A program made the translations under genes and the position numbers. The notes beneath the pieces were generated by a model. That model ran no database searches. It was given only the letters and a program-made list of their open reading frames with translations, and was not told the DNA's origin. Of a stretch of 64,000 bases of DNA, positions 36,877 to 50,060 are shown piece after piece (positions within the stretch are counted from its first letter, which is position 1; each line of letters opens with the position of its first letter). Source of the stretch: Hemiscyllium ocellatum (lineage: Eukaryota); assembly GCF_020745735.1 (NCBI RefSeq), contig NC_083413.1:80697612-80761611 (forward strand), given 5' to 3'.

Positions 36877-37489
36877 CCCATCCAGGCGGGAAAACCAGTA
36901 AAACTTGTGAAGGATGTATACTGGTCTGCTGCAGTACAACCAATGTATTAATTTCCAGGTACCTTTTTTTTAAAAAGAAAATTTTGTTTTTCACTTCTGA
37001 GTGTGCTTATTAATTCATTTGAAAATAGACCCTTCAAACAAAGATAAAAGGTGGACACCCACTGCTGAGCACAGTTTTTTGAAAGACTGGGCAAGTTTGC
37101 AACATTCACTGTGACTGCTGGCCTCCCTAGGCCCCTTTCACTTCTCCAGTTTGTTCTTCTAGTAGAAGTCCCATCTCTCTGTGTTCAGTTCTGCTGTGGA
37201 GTGATTAATAAATTAACATTATCTTCAAATGATTAACAATTATTAAATTAATAATGATGAAAATGCAACAACATCAGTGATAAAAAGAAACAACAGTGAA
37301 CAAAATTAAGATTTTTTTAAAAAAATTGTGTGGGCTGCAAAAACCTGCCCAGTGGGAAAAACCAGTAAAAACAACACAGGTGGAAGTAAGCGTACTGGTC
37401 CTACTGGTCGTCCATTTTGAGGGTATACAAGATGAGTCAGACCAGTATGTGTCATTCACAACTTTTACTGGTTTCTCCTTCTGGGTGGG
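36877..37489. repeat. 52-bp imperfect inverted repeat (TIR/MITE-like) between the two divergent genes
   Basis: 36877-36928 matches the reverse complement of 37438-37489 at 42/52 positions, ungapped. A third partial copy CCCAGTGGGAAAAACCAGTAAAA is at 37348-37370. Confidence 0.75.
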
Positions 37490-37679
37490 AACAAAAATTG
37501 TCTAGGCAGCAAACAAAAGGACAACAAAAATTGTCTGGGTTGCAAGGAAAAAAAAAGGCCCGTGCATTCATGTTTGTATTAAAAAGAATAATTAACATAA
37601 TGTAGTGAATTTGATAGTATTGTGATGAGTGTTATTTGTTCTTATAACAATCTTCAGGGAATTGAGTGAGAAACTGTTT

Positions 37680-38370
37680 GTTGCCACGCGGAACGCAAGC
37701 GCGGGGCCCAGGTTTGCCGCCGGGGCTTCTTTGGGCGGTGCACCAAGAGGGGCGGAGAGGTGCAACCAGCTCCCCCGTCCCCGCCCACCAGCTCCACTTC
37801 CGGCACGGCGTCATGGCGGCCGAGGTGTCGGATCCCCTGGAGGAGGAGCTGACCTGCCAGGTGTGCCTGGAGGTTTACACCGAGCCGGTGATCCTGAGCT
37901 GTAAGCACAGCTTCTGCCGGGGCTGCCTGGAGGCGGTATGGAGGGAGGCGGAGGGTTACTCGTGCCCGCAGTGCCGGGCGGCCTGGGCGGACAGGCCCCG
38001 CCTGGAGAAGAACTTCCAACTGGCCAACATCGTGGCCGGTTACCTGGCGCTGGAGCCCCGCCACGGCGTCGTGCCCTGCACCTACTGCACCAAGAAGAGG
38101 CGCTCGGCCCTGAGGAGCTGCCTGCAGTGTGAGGTGTCCATGTGCTCCCTGCACCTCCGGCTGCACCAGGAGAACGCGGTGCTGAAGGGCCACCCCCTGA
38201 CCGAGCCCACCGCGGACATGGCGATGGCCAAGTGCGCGCAGCACCACAAGCTGCTGGAGATCTACTGCAAGGACGATGCTGCCTGTGTCTGCAGCCTCTG
38301 CGCTTTAATAGGAAGCCACAAGGGCCACGACTTAATCAGCATCAGTGAAGCAGCGAAGGAGCTGAGGGTA
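37680..38370 (+). promoter_or_regulatory. CpG island over the TRIM promoter and first exon
   Basis: Sharp rise in GC and CpG content, GC boxes (GGGCGG, CCCGCCC), and ETS site CACTTCCGG at 37795-37803. Confidence 0.75.
37813..38367 (+). CDS. TRIM exon 1 (RING, B-box1, B-box2)
   Basis: RING LEEELTCQVCLEVYTEPVILSCKHSFCRGCL...CPQCR; B-box1 CTYC...SCLQCEVSMCSLHLRLH; B-box2 CAQHHKLLEIYC...CSLCALIGSHKGH. Donor AGG|GTATGT. Confidence 0.95.
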
Positions 38371-39744
38371 TGTCTGTCTGTGTCTCTGTATGTGTGTCTG
38401 TGTGCATCTCTGTCTCTGTCTGTGTGCATCTGTGAACTGGCCAAGTTTCATTGACAGCGGGTCATCTGTGGACTCTCATACATAATGCAGTAGAATTAGC
38501 ACATGAATACATGTACAAGATGCGTCTGCACCAGGCAGGTGTCATAGCATGTCTGAACAGATTTATTAAAATATCTTACAAATAAGCCCTTCCAGTTTCC
38601 TTCCTATAACCTGAGGCCTGCACAATGCAGCACATTGTTATTACGAACTGAGTCAGCCTTTCGGCCCCTCAAGACTTGCCATCATTCTCTAGATTCATGG
38701 CTGATCTGACATTCCTCATTCTGGATTAGTGGTGCTGAAAGAGTACAGCAGTTCAGGCAGCATCCAAGGAGCAGCAAAATCGAAGTTTCGGGCAAAAGCC
38801 CTTCATTAGGAATAAAAATGTCAACTCTCCCCTGTTTTCCCTGTAACCTTTGATTCCCCTCCACATCAAGAATCAGCCTACCTCAGTCTTAAAGTTGCAC
38901 AGTGACTGCTCCCCACAGGTCTCTGTGTTAAGTAGTTCCAAAGACACAACCCTCAAGAGAAAAACTACACCTCATTTCAGTTTTAAATTGAAACCTCTTT
39001 ATTCTCCCCCTCTGGTCCTAGACTCTCCCATGAGAGTCCTGTCAGCATTGACCCTGTCAAGCCCCTTAAGAATCCTATAAGTTTTAATCTCTCATTCTTC
39101 TCAATCCAATGAGAAAAGTGCTTTGATTGTGACCCCATATCCATTTTCTTCCCTGTTCCCCCTCTTCACTTTGGTTCCATTGTCAGGAATCTCCACCGTT
39201 TTTTCAAAAAATGTCCAATAACCCAGCCTCCACTGCAGCATAGGAAAGAGAATTTCACAGGCAAACAACTGAGTGAAAAAGTTTATTTCTTAATGTCTGT
39301 CTTAAATCTTTGTCTTAGTCTAAAACTGTGGTCGCCCATCTATGTCCTCAAGTACCAATGAGTTTTATTTGTATAGCATAGCTTTGATAGTTGTGCAGAT
39401 CTTTCAGTTAGATCCAAGAATATTTGGTTAATTAATAATCATCATGATAGCTGGTATTGAATTGGGTTAATATAAATAAAACAAGTAATTGTAACTCCAT
39501 AGTTACAGACAATCATTGAATTGAAAGCAGAATAAAAGAAAGTACTATACAATTATGAACGTTTAAGTTAATATATGAAAAATGCAGATCTCTGTAATTT
39601 ATAGAATAAAAATTAAAAGTTGACTAATACTTATGTTAAAACCTGAGTCTGTTGATTTTTGTTTCATTCATCATGTACACTATTTATACATTTAAAAATA
39701 ATATAACAACCTGGAATGATTTTATCTCTGCTGCTTCATGTTAG

Positions 39745-39840
39745 AATAATTTGGGAGATCAACAGGAGGAACTCAGGCAAAAAGTTAAAGTTTCCCAAGT
39801 TGCTCTCGAAGATGTTAAGAAAGAGAAGGAAAATGCTTTG
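39745..39840 (+). CDS. TRIM exon 2 (96-nt coiled-coil exon)
   Basis: TTAG acceptor, TTG|GTGAGT donor. Encodes NNLGDQQEELRQKVKVSQVALEDVKKEKENAL; 96 nt is the canonical TRIM size. Confidence 0.9.
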
Positions 39841-39889
39841 GTGAGTAAACTAGCCAGTTGATGAATTTAAATTTTGAAAAGCTTAATGT

Positions 39890-40255
39890 CGTATGGTGTC
39901 AGCTGTTACTCGGTCGGTAGCACTCACCCCTCTGAGCCTGCCACCTGGTTTGAGGTCCCACTTTGAAGACTTGAGCATTTAATCCAGGCTGAAACTCCAA
40001 TTCAGTACTTGGAGCAATCTCTTTCAGTTGATAATTGAAACTGAAGCTCTGCCTAAGATTCTATGGCAATATTTTAGAAAAGAGTGGGTGGGTTTTTCCT
40101 GTTGTCCTGACCCATATTTGCCTGTCTATCAGCCCCTAAAAACACGTTATCTGATCATTAACAGATGTTTGTTGGATTTTGCTATGGGCAGTATAACGTT
40201 GCTTTTCCTCTATTACAATAGTGACTATACTTTAAATGTATGTCATTGCCTGTAA
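39890..40255 (+). mobile_element. Old Deu-domain-like SINE (SacSINE1-like)
   Basis: GAGCATTTAATCCAGGCTGAAACTCCAATTCAGTAC motif; related decayed minus-strand copies at about 10540-10790, 40800-41230 and 51290-51640. Confidence 0.5.
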
Positions 40256-41300
40256 AGACCTCATTGAATGGCAAAGTAACTTGAAGGACTGGTTGGCCTC
40301 CTTTTGCTGATATAGATCAGCTGAGCTTCCGGTCTTATCCAGTGATTGTCTTCTATCATCTATTCAAATTATTCAATGTGCTGACCCTCAGCTATACTGC
40401 CCCCCACCCCCTCGACCCCAGTTAATTTGCAATCTTTATTGATTGGTTAAATGAATGGTGTTAACCCAAGGAAGTTCCTTTTGACCAAAATCATCATCTA
40501 TGCACATTGTGTGGTTGATGGAGTGACAGGGAACAATGGGGACACCAGGGGGTGAACTGAGAGAAAGTTCACAACTATCAGTGGTGCCCTAGTTTTTGCT
40601 CTTCAAGTTTTCCATCCTAGGCCTATTCCTCCTGTTTAAGGTTCACACAACATCAAATGCAACAGATGTTATATGCAGTTTTGATGTGAGGGTAAAAAAT
40701 TATGTTTTCAATGTGAATGGATCAGAAATGGGATGAAATTGTTCATTTATTACGTTCCTTCCCTCTGTTTTTATAATATGGTCTTACTATTGAAATACTA
40801 TATGAGAATAGAAAGATTTGCATTTCTGTAGTGCCCTGAATAATCTCTGGACACTTAAGCACTTTACATTATAACAGTGATTGGCTGTAGGGAATTTGGG
40901 TGCAATGGGTTTCTGCAGTGACAAGGCAATGAACAAGTCATCAGCTTGAGATGTTAGTGTGGAGGGGCAAATATTGACCAGGACACTGCCAACTCTTTAT
41001 CAAATAGTGTTGTGGATATTTTCTGTCCATTGGAGAGACATATAGGATCTTGGTTTAATGCTTCAACCAAAAAAATAGCCTGCGTAATGTTGCCCACCTC
41101 TCCCTCAGAACTGTACTGCCTCTGTTAGTCCAGAGCTGGAGTTTCTGGAGTGGGGCTAGAACTCTCAACCTTCCTCCCTATAGGAGAGATTACCAGCCCC
41201 GAGGTACAGCTGACATCACTGATGACGAAGAGTGAATACGTAAGATCTGCCTTGTGTAAAGCCCCTGTATTATCTACTTACTCAAACCTTGCCACCAAAG

Positions 41301-41534
41301 GCAGCAATAAAGGAGAAGGAAATAAATGTTGAGGAGAAATACGAAGCTCTCAGGAGGCAGATTGATGATGAAGAGAGGAAAGCTTTCGAAGAGCTAGACA
41401 AGGAGAAGATCCAAGTAACAGCAGAGATCGATGCAAGGATCCTCAACGTCCAGAATGCAGCCAAAGAATTTGACAAGTCTCTAATGGATCTGAACAATCT
41501 GTCAGAAAAGTACGATGACATCCCGTTTATACAG
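41301..41534 (+). CDS. TRIM exon 3 (234-nt coiled-coil exon)
   Basis: AAAG acceptor, CAG|GTGATG donor. Encodes AAIKEKEINVEEKYEALRRQIDDEE...DDIPFIQ. Confidence 0.88.
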
Positions 41535-43947
41535 GTGATGAATATGTTAATATAGCTTTTACTTGCAATCTATAAAACTGTTCAATATACTAAATGATCA
41601 ATAATATTTCACACAAACTGAGCCCCTTTCGTTGACATTATTTGTGCATAATAATTGATGGCAGTGATCATCTATGTGCCTGCCTTTGCAATAGCTTGCT
41701 CCATAAAACTTCCATTTTCCCAGCTTTCCTCCTCCGAATGACAGTGGTTGATGGAGTGTTGGTCTTGCAGGTGCACCGCAGTCAGTCATGAAGCAGGAGT
41801 CAATGAAGGACATTACACTCATTTTGGACAGGCATTTGCACTGTTGGTGTGAACGGTGTGTTTAATTCTTGTGGTTCGCAGTCGAGCTCAGCTCCCAACC
41901 TGATTTTGAAACCCATTCTCAGAAAATAAATGTTAGTCCTGTTCTGTTTGTCCTCTCCCTGTCCTGAAGGGAAGGTACTTGGGCTATGCATGTATTACTG
42001 CCTGGTTAAAATTGCTGAGCTACTTGTGCTGTTCAGGAATAATTCAGGTAAGTGTGGAATAAACCCACTCTCAGCAGCTTCCCACAAAGTTCCCTCTAGG
42101 TTGCAAATGGAATGCCATCATTTGTTGCAAGGGAAATGAAAATAGAGAAGTTTTATTGGAGCTGTTCCACTATATCTGCAGTACTGCATCGTTTTGGCCT
42201 CTTCATTTGAAAATAAATGATATTCATGTTTTTGAAGCAGTTCAGAAAGAATTCATTGGACTGATTTCTGGGATGAGGAAAGGTTATGTGAAAGGTTGGG
42301 TTTCTACCCAGTGGAGTTTAGAGGAATGAGAGATGTTCTTATGGAAACACACAATATCCTGGACTGAAGAGGGTGGTTATTTGATGAATATTTTCTGTGG
42401 CGCAGACTAAAACTAGGGAACATGCTTTAAGAGTAGGAATTCTCCCCTTTAAGACAGATGAGGATTTAGGGTTATTGGAGTCTGACATTCTCTTTCCCAA
42501 AAGGTAGTTGAGGTTGGGTCTTGTTATTCAAACCTCAATTGGATAAATTTATGATGAGAAAGGGACTTGTGTGTTATGAAGTGCACACAGAAAATTGGAA
42601 TTCAGACCACAAGCAGAGAAGCCATGATCTCCTTGAACTGTGAAGCAAGTCTGAAGGACTCGGAGTAGGAGTATTCCACTTCATGTTCGTATAATTAATG
42701 TAATTAGTACTAGGTGCAGTAGTTTTTCATCTGCTCTCTTGTCTTGTCATTGTTGGGTAACTTTCTCAGTTGGATGGTGTAGACAGGCTTGCTTTTCAGC
42801 TTCCATGTGCGGGGCCAGTGATAGCTCTCTTTGTCATCTTCTGTCCCCATTTAAAAGGAATTCCTTTAAAGTGGATCCATTCTCTTTCCATGGCCAGTGA
42901 GAGTGACCATCTGAGCATGGTTGGTTTTGTCTCAGACACCGCATATCCCTCACCATGTTGCTTACTTCCACCTCGGGCAGCTGTTGCTGAATTCATTATC
43001 TGTGGCTCTATCATCGTTGTGCCAGTACTCTAAATGCCAGACTCCAAGTTTCTCACCCCCCACCCCACCTCACCCCACATCTCTCTCTCCCTTTCTCTCT
43101 CTCCCCATTTTTTTCCTTTGCCTTTCTCCTCTTTTTTTTTTCTTCTTTCGATTTCCCTTTCAGACTCCCTCTCATGCACCACACTTGCAGGCACTTTGTC
43201 ACCTCTTTCCCCCTCACCCTGCACACTGTTCCTTTGGCTGTTTTCTCTTCAGGACAAGTGTGGTTGAGTTGTTTGTTATATCCCACTCCTATAGCAGTAA
43301 TGCTTTCAGTTTCTGAGCTCATACAGGCTGAACCTCACTGTCTTTAAAAAGCCTTAACCTGCTTAAACTACCTCCTAGAATAAATTACCTGTCACCCTTG
43401 TCTAATCTCTGATATTGGGGCTTGACATACACCTCTGTGAAATACTGGGCAGTTCTGTATGTTAACATGCAACAAAGGTAAATATATTGCTGAACAAAGA
43501 CATGTTTGTCAAAGCTTTTCATCTTGTGCTCGTCAGAGGTAATTCACGAGGATATCAGTGGAAGGGGAGCACCAGCACTGAGAGGACAGTGCTGATTGGT
43601 TTGGATGGTGGTACAGAGGGTTGATTTTTCTATAGCTGTGGGTTCAGGCACTTTCCAACCAATGAGCATTAACCTCACATACAACAGAAATATTGGCTTT
43701 CCCTTTAAAATAGCATTCTTGTGAAATGATTTGGAGATTTCTTGTGAAATGTCCTGATGAGTGCAAGACAGGAAAAAAAAAGTTTTTTTTGTATCATTAT
43801 TCAAGCTCTCTGTTGCCAAACCACTAAAGGTAAATGTGTGGTAATGCTGTTCCACTTGTGGGTGTAACCCTTCCTGCCAGCCTTTCAGTAAGATTGAGCC
43901 TGTTAATGTCCTGTATTACACTGTGTTCCCTGTCTGTTTTGTTTCAG

Positions 43948-43970
43948 GAATTTAACTCCATCACTGCCCG
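43948..43970 (+). CDS. TRIM exon 4 (23-nt micro-exon)
   Basis: Strong TTTTGTTTCAG acceptor and CG|GTAAGT donor. Encodes EFNSITA(R). Needed to keep the frame with exon 5. Confidence 0.88.
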
Positions 43971-44529
43971 GTAAGTAAAAACCTGCTCATGTCATTCAGC
44001 CAAACCGAAAGACATCACCAGACCAGCTGTTTTATACTCTACTAAGTTGTTCTTTGCAGTTTAAAATCTCATCCCTCTATCTGATCCCTGACACTCCCTT
44101 TGACCTTACTTTCCCCCATCCACTCCACCCCACCCCACCTCAGTGGCATAAAACCCTCTTGCTCTGTCTTCTGTTCTGAAGGAAACTCCTATTTGATTCA
44201 CCTTTGATCAGTATCTCTGTTTGCAGATGCTGCTGAACCCACTGAGTATTTTGTTTCAAAGTTTCAGCATCGGCCTTATTTTTGTTCTGGTCTTATACTA
44301 TTTTACATCGGTCAGTTCAAAGATTGCACTAACACAGCCAGTTGCAGTGCTGCGTGGCTTGTTGAAATATGATTTTATTTTGTGCTGATTTGTGCTCGGC
44401 TGTCTGAGCAAGTCCAAATAAACAGGCCCAGTGTGTGCAACCTAGGTCTGTTTGATACTAGTGATCTGTAATGGTCACTACAGTTCACTATAAGATTGTT
44501 AGACCTTTGTATTAAATACAAGTGCAGTG

Positions 44530-45310
44530 AATGGGACAAATGACAGATGGAGTGTAATTTGGATAAATGTGAGGTATTGTTTTTTGGTAAAATAAACGAG
44601 GGGAGGACTTGTACAATTAAAAGTAGGGCCTTGGGATTTGTTATACAACAGAGACCTAGGAATTCAGGTACATGATTCTTTGAAGGTTGTGTCAAATGTA
44701 GACAGGGTGATTAAGAAGGCTTTTAGCACGCTTGTGTTCATTGCTCAGACCTTTGAGTGTGGGAGTTGGGACGTCATATTGAGGTTGTACAGGATATTGG
44801 TGAGGTCTCTTCTGGAGTACTCTTCCCAGTTCTGGCTGTCCTGTTACAGGAAGGATATTATTAAGAGAGTTCAGAAAAGATTTGCCAGAATGTTGAAGCT
44901 TTGTGTTACAAGGAGAGGCTGGATAGGCCAGGACGTTTTTCCCTGGAGAGTGGGAGATTGAGGGGTGGCCTTATAGAGGTTTATAAAATCATGAGGGGCA
45001 TAGCTAAGGTGAATGGCAGATGTCCTTACCCCGGGGTGGGGGTTTTCATGACTAGAAGGCATATTTTTAAGGCAAGAGGAGGAAGATTTTTAAAAAGACA
45101 CAAGGGGCAATTTTTTTTCATGTGCAGGATGAACTTCCAGAGGAAGTGGTGGATCCAGATACAGTTACGACATTTAAAAGGCATTTGGATAAGTACACGA
45201 ATAGGAAAAGTTTAGAGGGATATGGGCCAAATGCAGGTAGGTGGGACTCGTTTAGTTTGGGATTGTGGTTGGTGTGGACTATTTGGGCTGTAGGGTCTGT
45301 TTCTGTCATT
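44530..45310 (+). mobile_element. CR1/HER1 LINE 3' fragment in TRIM intron 4
   Basis: RDLGIQVHDSLKV...LYRILVRSLLEY...RLRGGLIEVYKIMRG. Confidence 0.85.
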
Positions 45311-46635
45311 GTCTCCGAGTGTAAACAGCTTTGTCATATTGAATGGTTGAGAGGCCAAGTGACCTGCTCCTAATCCCATATGTATGGTTTGTTTGCCTTT
45401 TTGTTGTCTCTGTGGTTGTGCTCAGGTGGATCTGCATGTATGACATTTGTTATTCAGTTCTCTATGAACTGAGGCTGGAGAAAGATGGTTAGAGGCAGAT
45501 CTTTTCCTTGCTGGAGTATAATGTTACAGGGAGTTCAGTGTGTATGTGTTAGTTACAGGTGGTGGGAGTGTGTTTGAGATATTTGTCTTTGAGGATATCA
45601 GTGAATGTCCCAAGAGAAGAAGTGGATAAAGGTTCACTGTTGTTGTTTTTTGAGTATATTATAAATGTTTGAGAATCACAGTGAATGTCATGACACTGAC
45701 CTTGTCTACTTTGACTGAACTAATGTCACAAATGATTGCTGCAACAGGGCAACCACATTCCCATTTTGCAGAGTCCCAGGGACACAGCCCCTCTCTGGTC
45801 TTATGGATGTAAGGGAATGCAAGAGAGCACAGAGGGTACATGTTACCCAAGTCAGTCAGTCAGTCCGAATTCAAAGTAGGTCAAAAGCAATATAATCTGT
45901 TTTTCATTTTCAGTCACCTAATGTAAGGCTGGGAAGGCTACAAGCTCTACTTTCTTGCCACCATGTTCCAGGGAATAGAAAGATCCCACTGTGCTAATTG
46001 AAGAAGAGTGAGGAGTTCTTGTGGTGACCTGGCCAATGTTAGCCCTTCATGCAATATTACAAAATAAGACACCTACTTGTCAGATTTCTATTTTTGGCAC
46101 TGTGCTGGTTTCAAGTAGCTTCTATATTTGCTTCCAGAACAGGTGTCTCCCCTAAATGGATAATTAGTCACATGAAATGGTGAGACATTTCACTGTGACA
46201 GGTAGGTCTGTACATGATATAGCAATAGTGCTCATTATATTCAGGATTTGTGAATAATATTCACTCCGCATGAATAGCCACGATCCGACTGGGTATGTTT
46301 CTCAGCATGAGCATGTTGATTGGATTGGTTGAGACATGATCCTCATGTTAAACCTGATGAAGCTGGTCTTAACATCAGCAGAACAGACAGTTTTTGAACC
46401 TGAGTATGTGATTTCACCAGAATGGATGACCTTTCTTAAAACTGAACCTTAGAAGGGCCTGTTTAATTTAATTAACTGTGTAGGGTGTAGGTTTGCTCGC
46501 TGAGCTGTAGGTTTGATATAATTAACTGTTGCACCTTCATGGAAGTTTTGCACTTTGCTGCTTAAATGCTTATTGAGAAATCACAATGTATTATTTCACA
46601 TGTCTTATTCTCATTTAATCTACATATGTTTCCAG

Positions 46636-46766
46636 CTTGAAGGATATCTCGCTGCCACTCGAGTCGATGCCTTATTCTTTGAATAGCGTGCAAGTGAAAG
46701 ACCATATAAAATGTTCAGTTGAGGGAAGTGAGGAGCAGAGGAGCAGACAGATAATGGTCAAACTCT
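46636..46766 (+). CDS. TRIM exon 5 (linker)
   Basis: TTTCCAG acceptor, T|GTAAGT donor, phase 2 in and phase 1 out. Encodes LKDISLPLESMPY...IMVKL. Confidence 0.85.
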
Positions 46767-48139
46767 GTAAGTACGCTACAACAGTCCACTTTTTAAAAGT
46801 CATGCCTCCTGTTTTATAAATATTTGCCCATTGGTTCCTGTTCAGTTGTGCTGCTGTATTTCAGCTGTCATATATAGTTGTGACCACCAAGTGGCTCTGT
46901 GTCAGAAGTTATTGGATCATAGGAACAGGAGTAGGCCATTTGACCCATTGAGTCTGCTCTGCTACTTAATGCTGATGGCTGATCAAACACTTTGGTATCT
47001 TCTACCCATACTATTACCCTAACCCATTGCACCACTGATAATTGGATACTTTCCCACTAACATACTCAAACACTGTACTTCCACAGCCCTCTGGGATAGA
47101 GAATTCCAGAGATTCACTGCCCTGTGTGGAAAGAAATTTCTCCTCATCTTGGTCCCAAATGGTTTTTTTTAAATTTTATGACCTCCGTTCCAGGCTCCTC
47201 AACCAAGGGAAACGCTCTACACTCGATTTAAATATTTTGTAGATTTCAATGAGATCATCTGACATGCTTCAAAAATCTAGGCTTTCTCTGGTTGTCACTA
47301 TTTTGGGCATGAAAATTTCAATTTGTTAATTGACTGTGGACAGATTTGAGGATTTATCATGACTATTGAAATTAACTCAAGAAAAATGGTTATTTTGCCC
47401 TGACATATCTTTTGACAGAAAAGTGAAAGTTTTGGATGTTCCTAGTGAAATAGAAGTGCTGTGGATAACAGATTTCGCGTATACAAATACAGGAATGACC
47501 GTACAGAGGTTTATAAAATCATGAGGGGTGTGGATAGGGTGAATAGCCAAGGTATTTTACCTTGGATGGGGGAAGTCAAAAACTAAAGAACATAGATTTA
47601 AGTTGAGGGGGACAGATTTAACTTTTTCACCCAGAGAGTGGTGTGTGTATGGAACAAGCTGTCAGAGGAAGTGGTGGAGGTGGGTATAATTACATCATTT
47701 AAAAGGCATCTGAATTGGAATTTGAGATGTTCAGAGGGATATGGGCCAAATGCAGGAAAATGGGACTAGGCCAGATTGGGATATCTGGTCAGCATGGATG
47801 AGTTGGACTGAAAGGTCTGTTTTGATACTGTATGACTATTATCACATTGTGAGAGACTGGAAATGCGCACATGCTGGGAGATCTTGTTTCACGGGAATCA
47901 AGCTAACACTGGTCTTTTATCACGTGTAATGAATGTTAGTAAAAACAAGTAGTTTTATGATCATCATTGTAGAAAGAGGCCTCCAAACACTCACCCAATG
48001 TCGATGCTAGTGGTCAGGCAAGGTGAGAATGGAGTGTGTGTGAACTGTGTAGTTTAATTACTGTCAACCCTGAAAAAGTGGTGCCCCCCCCCCCCCCCCG
48101 TGATTAGCTGAGGACAGTTGTAAGGGACAGAAGTTGAAG

Positions 48140-50060
48140 GAGCAAATTACTGCAGACGTTGGAATCTACTGAAAACAACAAATGCTGGCGATCCCAGTGG
48201 ATCAGACAGCATCCATGGACAGAAAGCAAGCTAATGTTCAGAGTCTAGGTGGTTCTTCTTCAGAGCTGAAGTGAAGTGTGGAGGGGACAGCATTTATGCA
48301 ATAGTTTAGAGGAGGTGAAATAATGGGTGTAGAGTGCTGGTTGAGAAAAGGTGTCAATAGTTCAGATTAAGTGATTGGAATGTAAGAATTGCAGAACATT
48401 GGTGTGTCTCCTGCCAGACTTGAAAGGACAGAATCAACAAGGTAAAAACAAGGGCTGCAGATGCTGGAAACCAGAGTCTAGATTAGAGTGATGCTGGAAA
48501 AGCACAGCAGGTCCGGCAGCATCCAAGGAGCAGGAAAATCGACATTTCGGGCAAAAACCCTTCATCAGGAATGGAGCATGAAGGGCTGTTGCCTGAAACA
48601 TCAATTTTCCTGCTCCTCGGTTGCTGCCTGACCTGCTGTGCTTTTCCAGCACCACTCTAATCTTGAAAGGACAGACACTAGGACTGGGGGAAGAGGACAT
48701 GATAACAAGCTCAAAGAAAAGGAAGAAATGGTTCACGATTTGAAGGTGTTGAACTCCATATGAAGTCCCACAGGCTGTAAAGTGCCTCGCCTGAAGGTGA
48801 GATGTTGTTCTTCCAGTTTGCGCTGTGATTCACTGGAGCACTGCTGCATGCCAGAGACAGACGTGAGTAGGAAGCCGTGTAAAAATGACCAACTATGGGA
48901 AAGTCATGCTTGTGCACAGACTGGAGTGGTCACCCTGTCTCCATTTGGTTTCTCCAATGTAGAGTAGGCCACTTTTGGTGTAGCAAATACAATATTCAAG
49001 ATTACAGGTGAAATGCTGCTTCACCTGGAAAGATGGTGAGCAGGCAGGAGGTGAAAGGGCAGGTGTTGCACCTTCTGCAGTTACTGGGAAAGTGCATGAG
49101 AGGGGAGGTGGAGATTGTGGAATTGACTAGGGAGTCTCAGGGGGAATGATCCCTGTGAAGTACAGACCGGGGGAAGGGAGGTATGTTTGGTGGGATTGTT
49201 CTGGAACTATCTGAAATGGCGGAGAATGATCCTTTGAATGCGGACACTGGTGGGATGCAAAGTGAGGACAAGGGGAACCCAATCATGTTTTTGAGTGATG
49301 GGCAGGGATAAGGGTGATAGGTCAGATGGGGTTGAAGGCCCTGTTAACCACAGTGGGTGGGAAACCACAGTTATGGAAGAAGCCAATCCTCTCAGCAGCA
49401 TTGTTTTGGAAGTTGGCATCATCTGAACAGATGCAATGTAGGTGACTGAGAGAATGCAGGACATGGGGTGTGAGGAGTGTAGTGAAAGGAGCTATGGGAG
49501 ACAGTGGCTTTGTAGTGGATGGCAGTAGATAGTTTATTCCCTGAAATGTAGACAGAAAGGTCAAGTAGACGAAGGGAAATGTCAGAAATGGACAATGTCA
49601 GAAATGGACAATGTGAATATTGTAGAGGAGTGGAAATTGGAGGCAAAATGAATGAAGTTTTCAAGGTCCAGATGGGAGCGTGAAGCAGCACTGAACCAGC
49701 TGATGTAACAAGGAGAGAGTTGTGGGAGGGAGCTAGTGTAAGATTGAAACAAGGATCATTCTACATACCCCGTAAAGAGGCTGGTATAACTGGGACCCAC
49801 GTGAGAGCCCATAGCCACTCCTTTTGACTTGGCAGAAGCGAGATTAATTAAAAGAGAAATTATTCAGAGAGAATAAGTTCAGCCAGGTGGAGGAGAGTGG
49901 TGATGGATGAGGATTGTTCAGCCATCCTGATGGGGAATGGAGGGAAAGAGGGATTAGACATCCATGGTGAACAGGAGACAGTTAGGGCTAGGGAACTGGA
50001 AATTGTCAACGTGGTGCGGGGCATCAGAGGAATTGCAGGTGTAGGTGGGAGGAGAGGATG
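48140..50060 (-). mobile_element. Decayed Penelope-like element (RT and GIY-YIG) in TRIM intron 5, with a nested hairpin pLTR unit
   Basis: PLVLTLHP..IQRIILRHFR, GVAMGSHVGPSY-like RT motif, YIGET-like remnant near 48950, and a pLTR at 48140-48270. Confidence 0.75.
48433..48661. mobile_element. Inverted (hairpin) pLTR dimer with perfect 14-bp TSD
   Basis: CTTGAAAGGACAGA at 48419-48432 and 48662-48675. Confidence 0.85.

Noticed and set aside
37654-38247. 197-aa minus-strand ORF
   Set aside because: Antisense shadow of the GC-rich TRIM exon 1.
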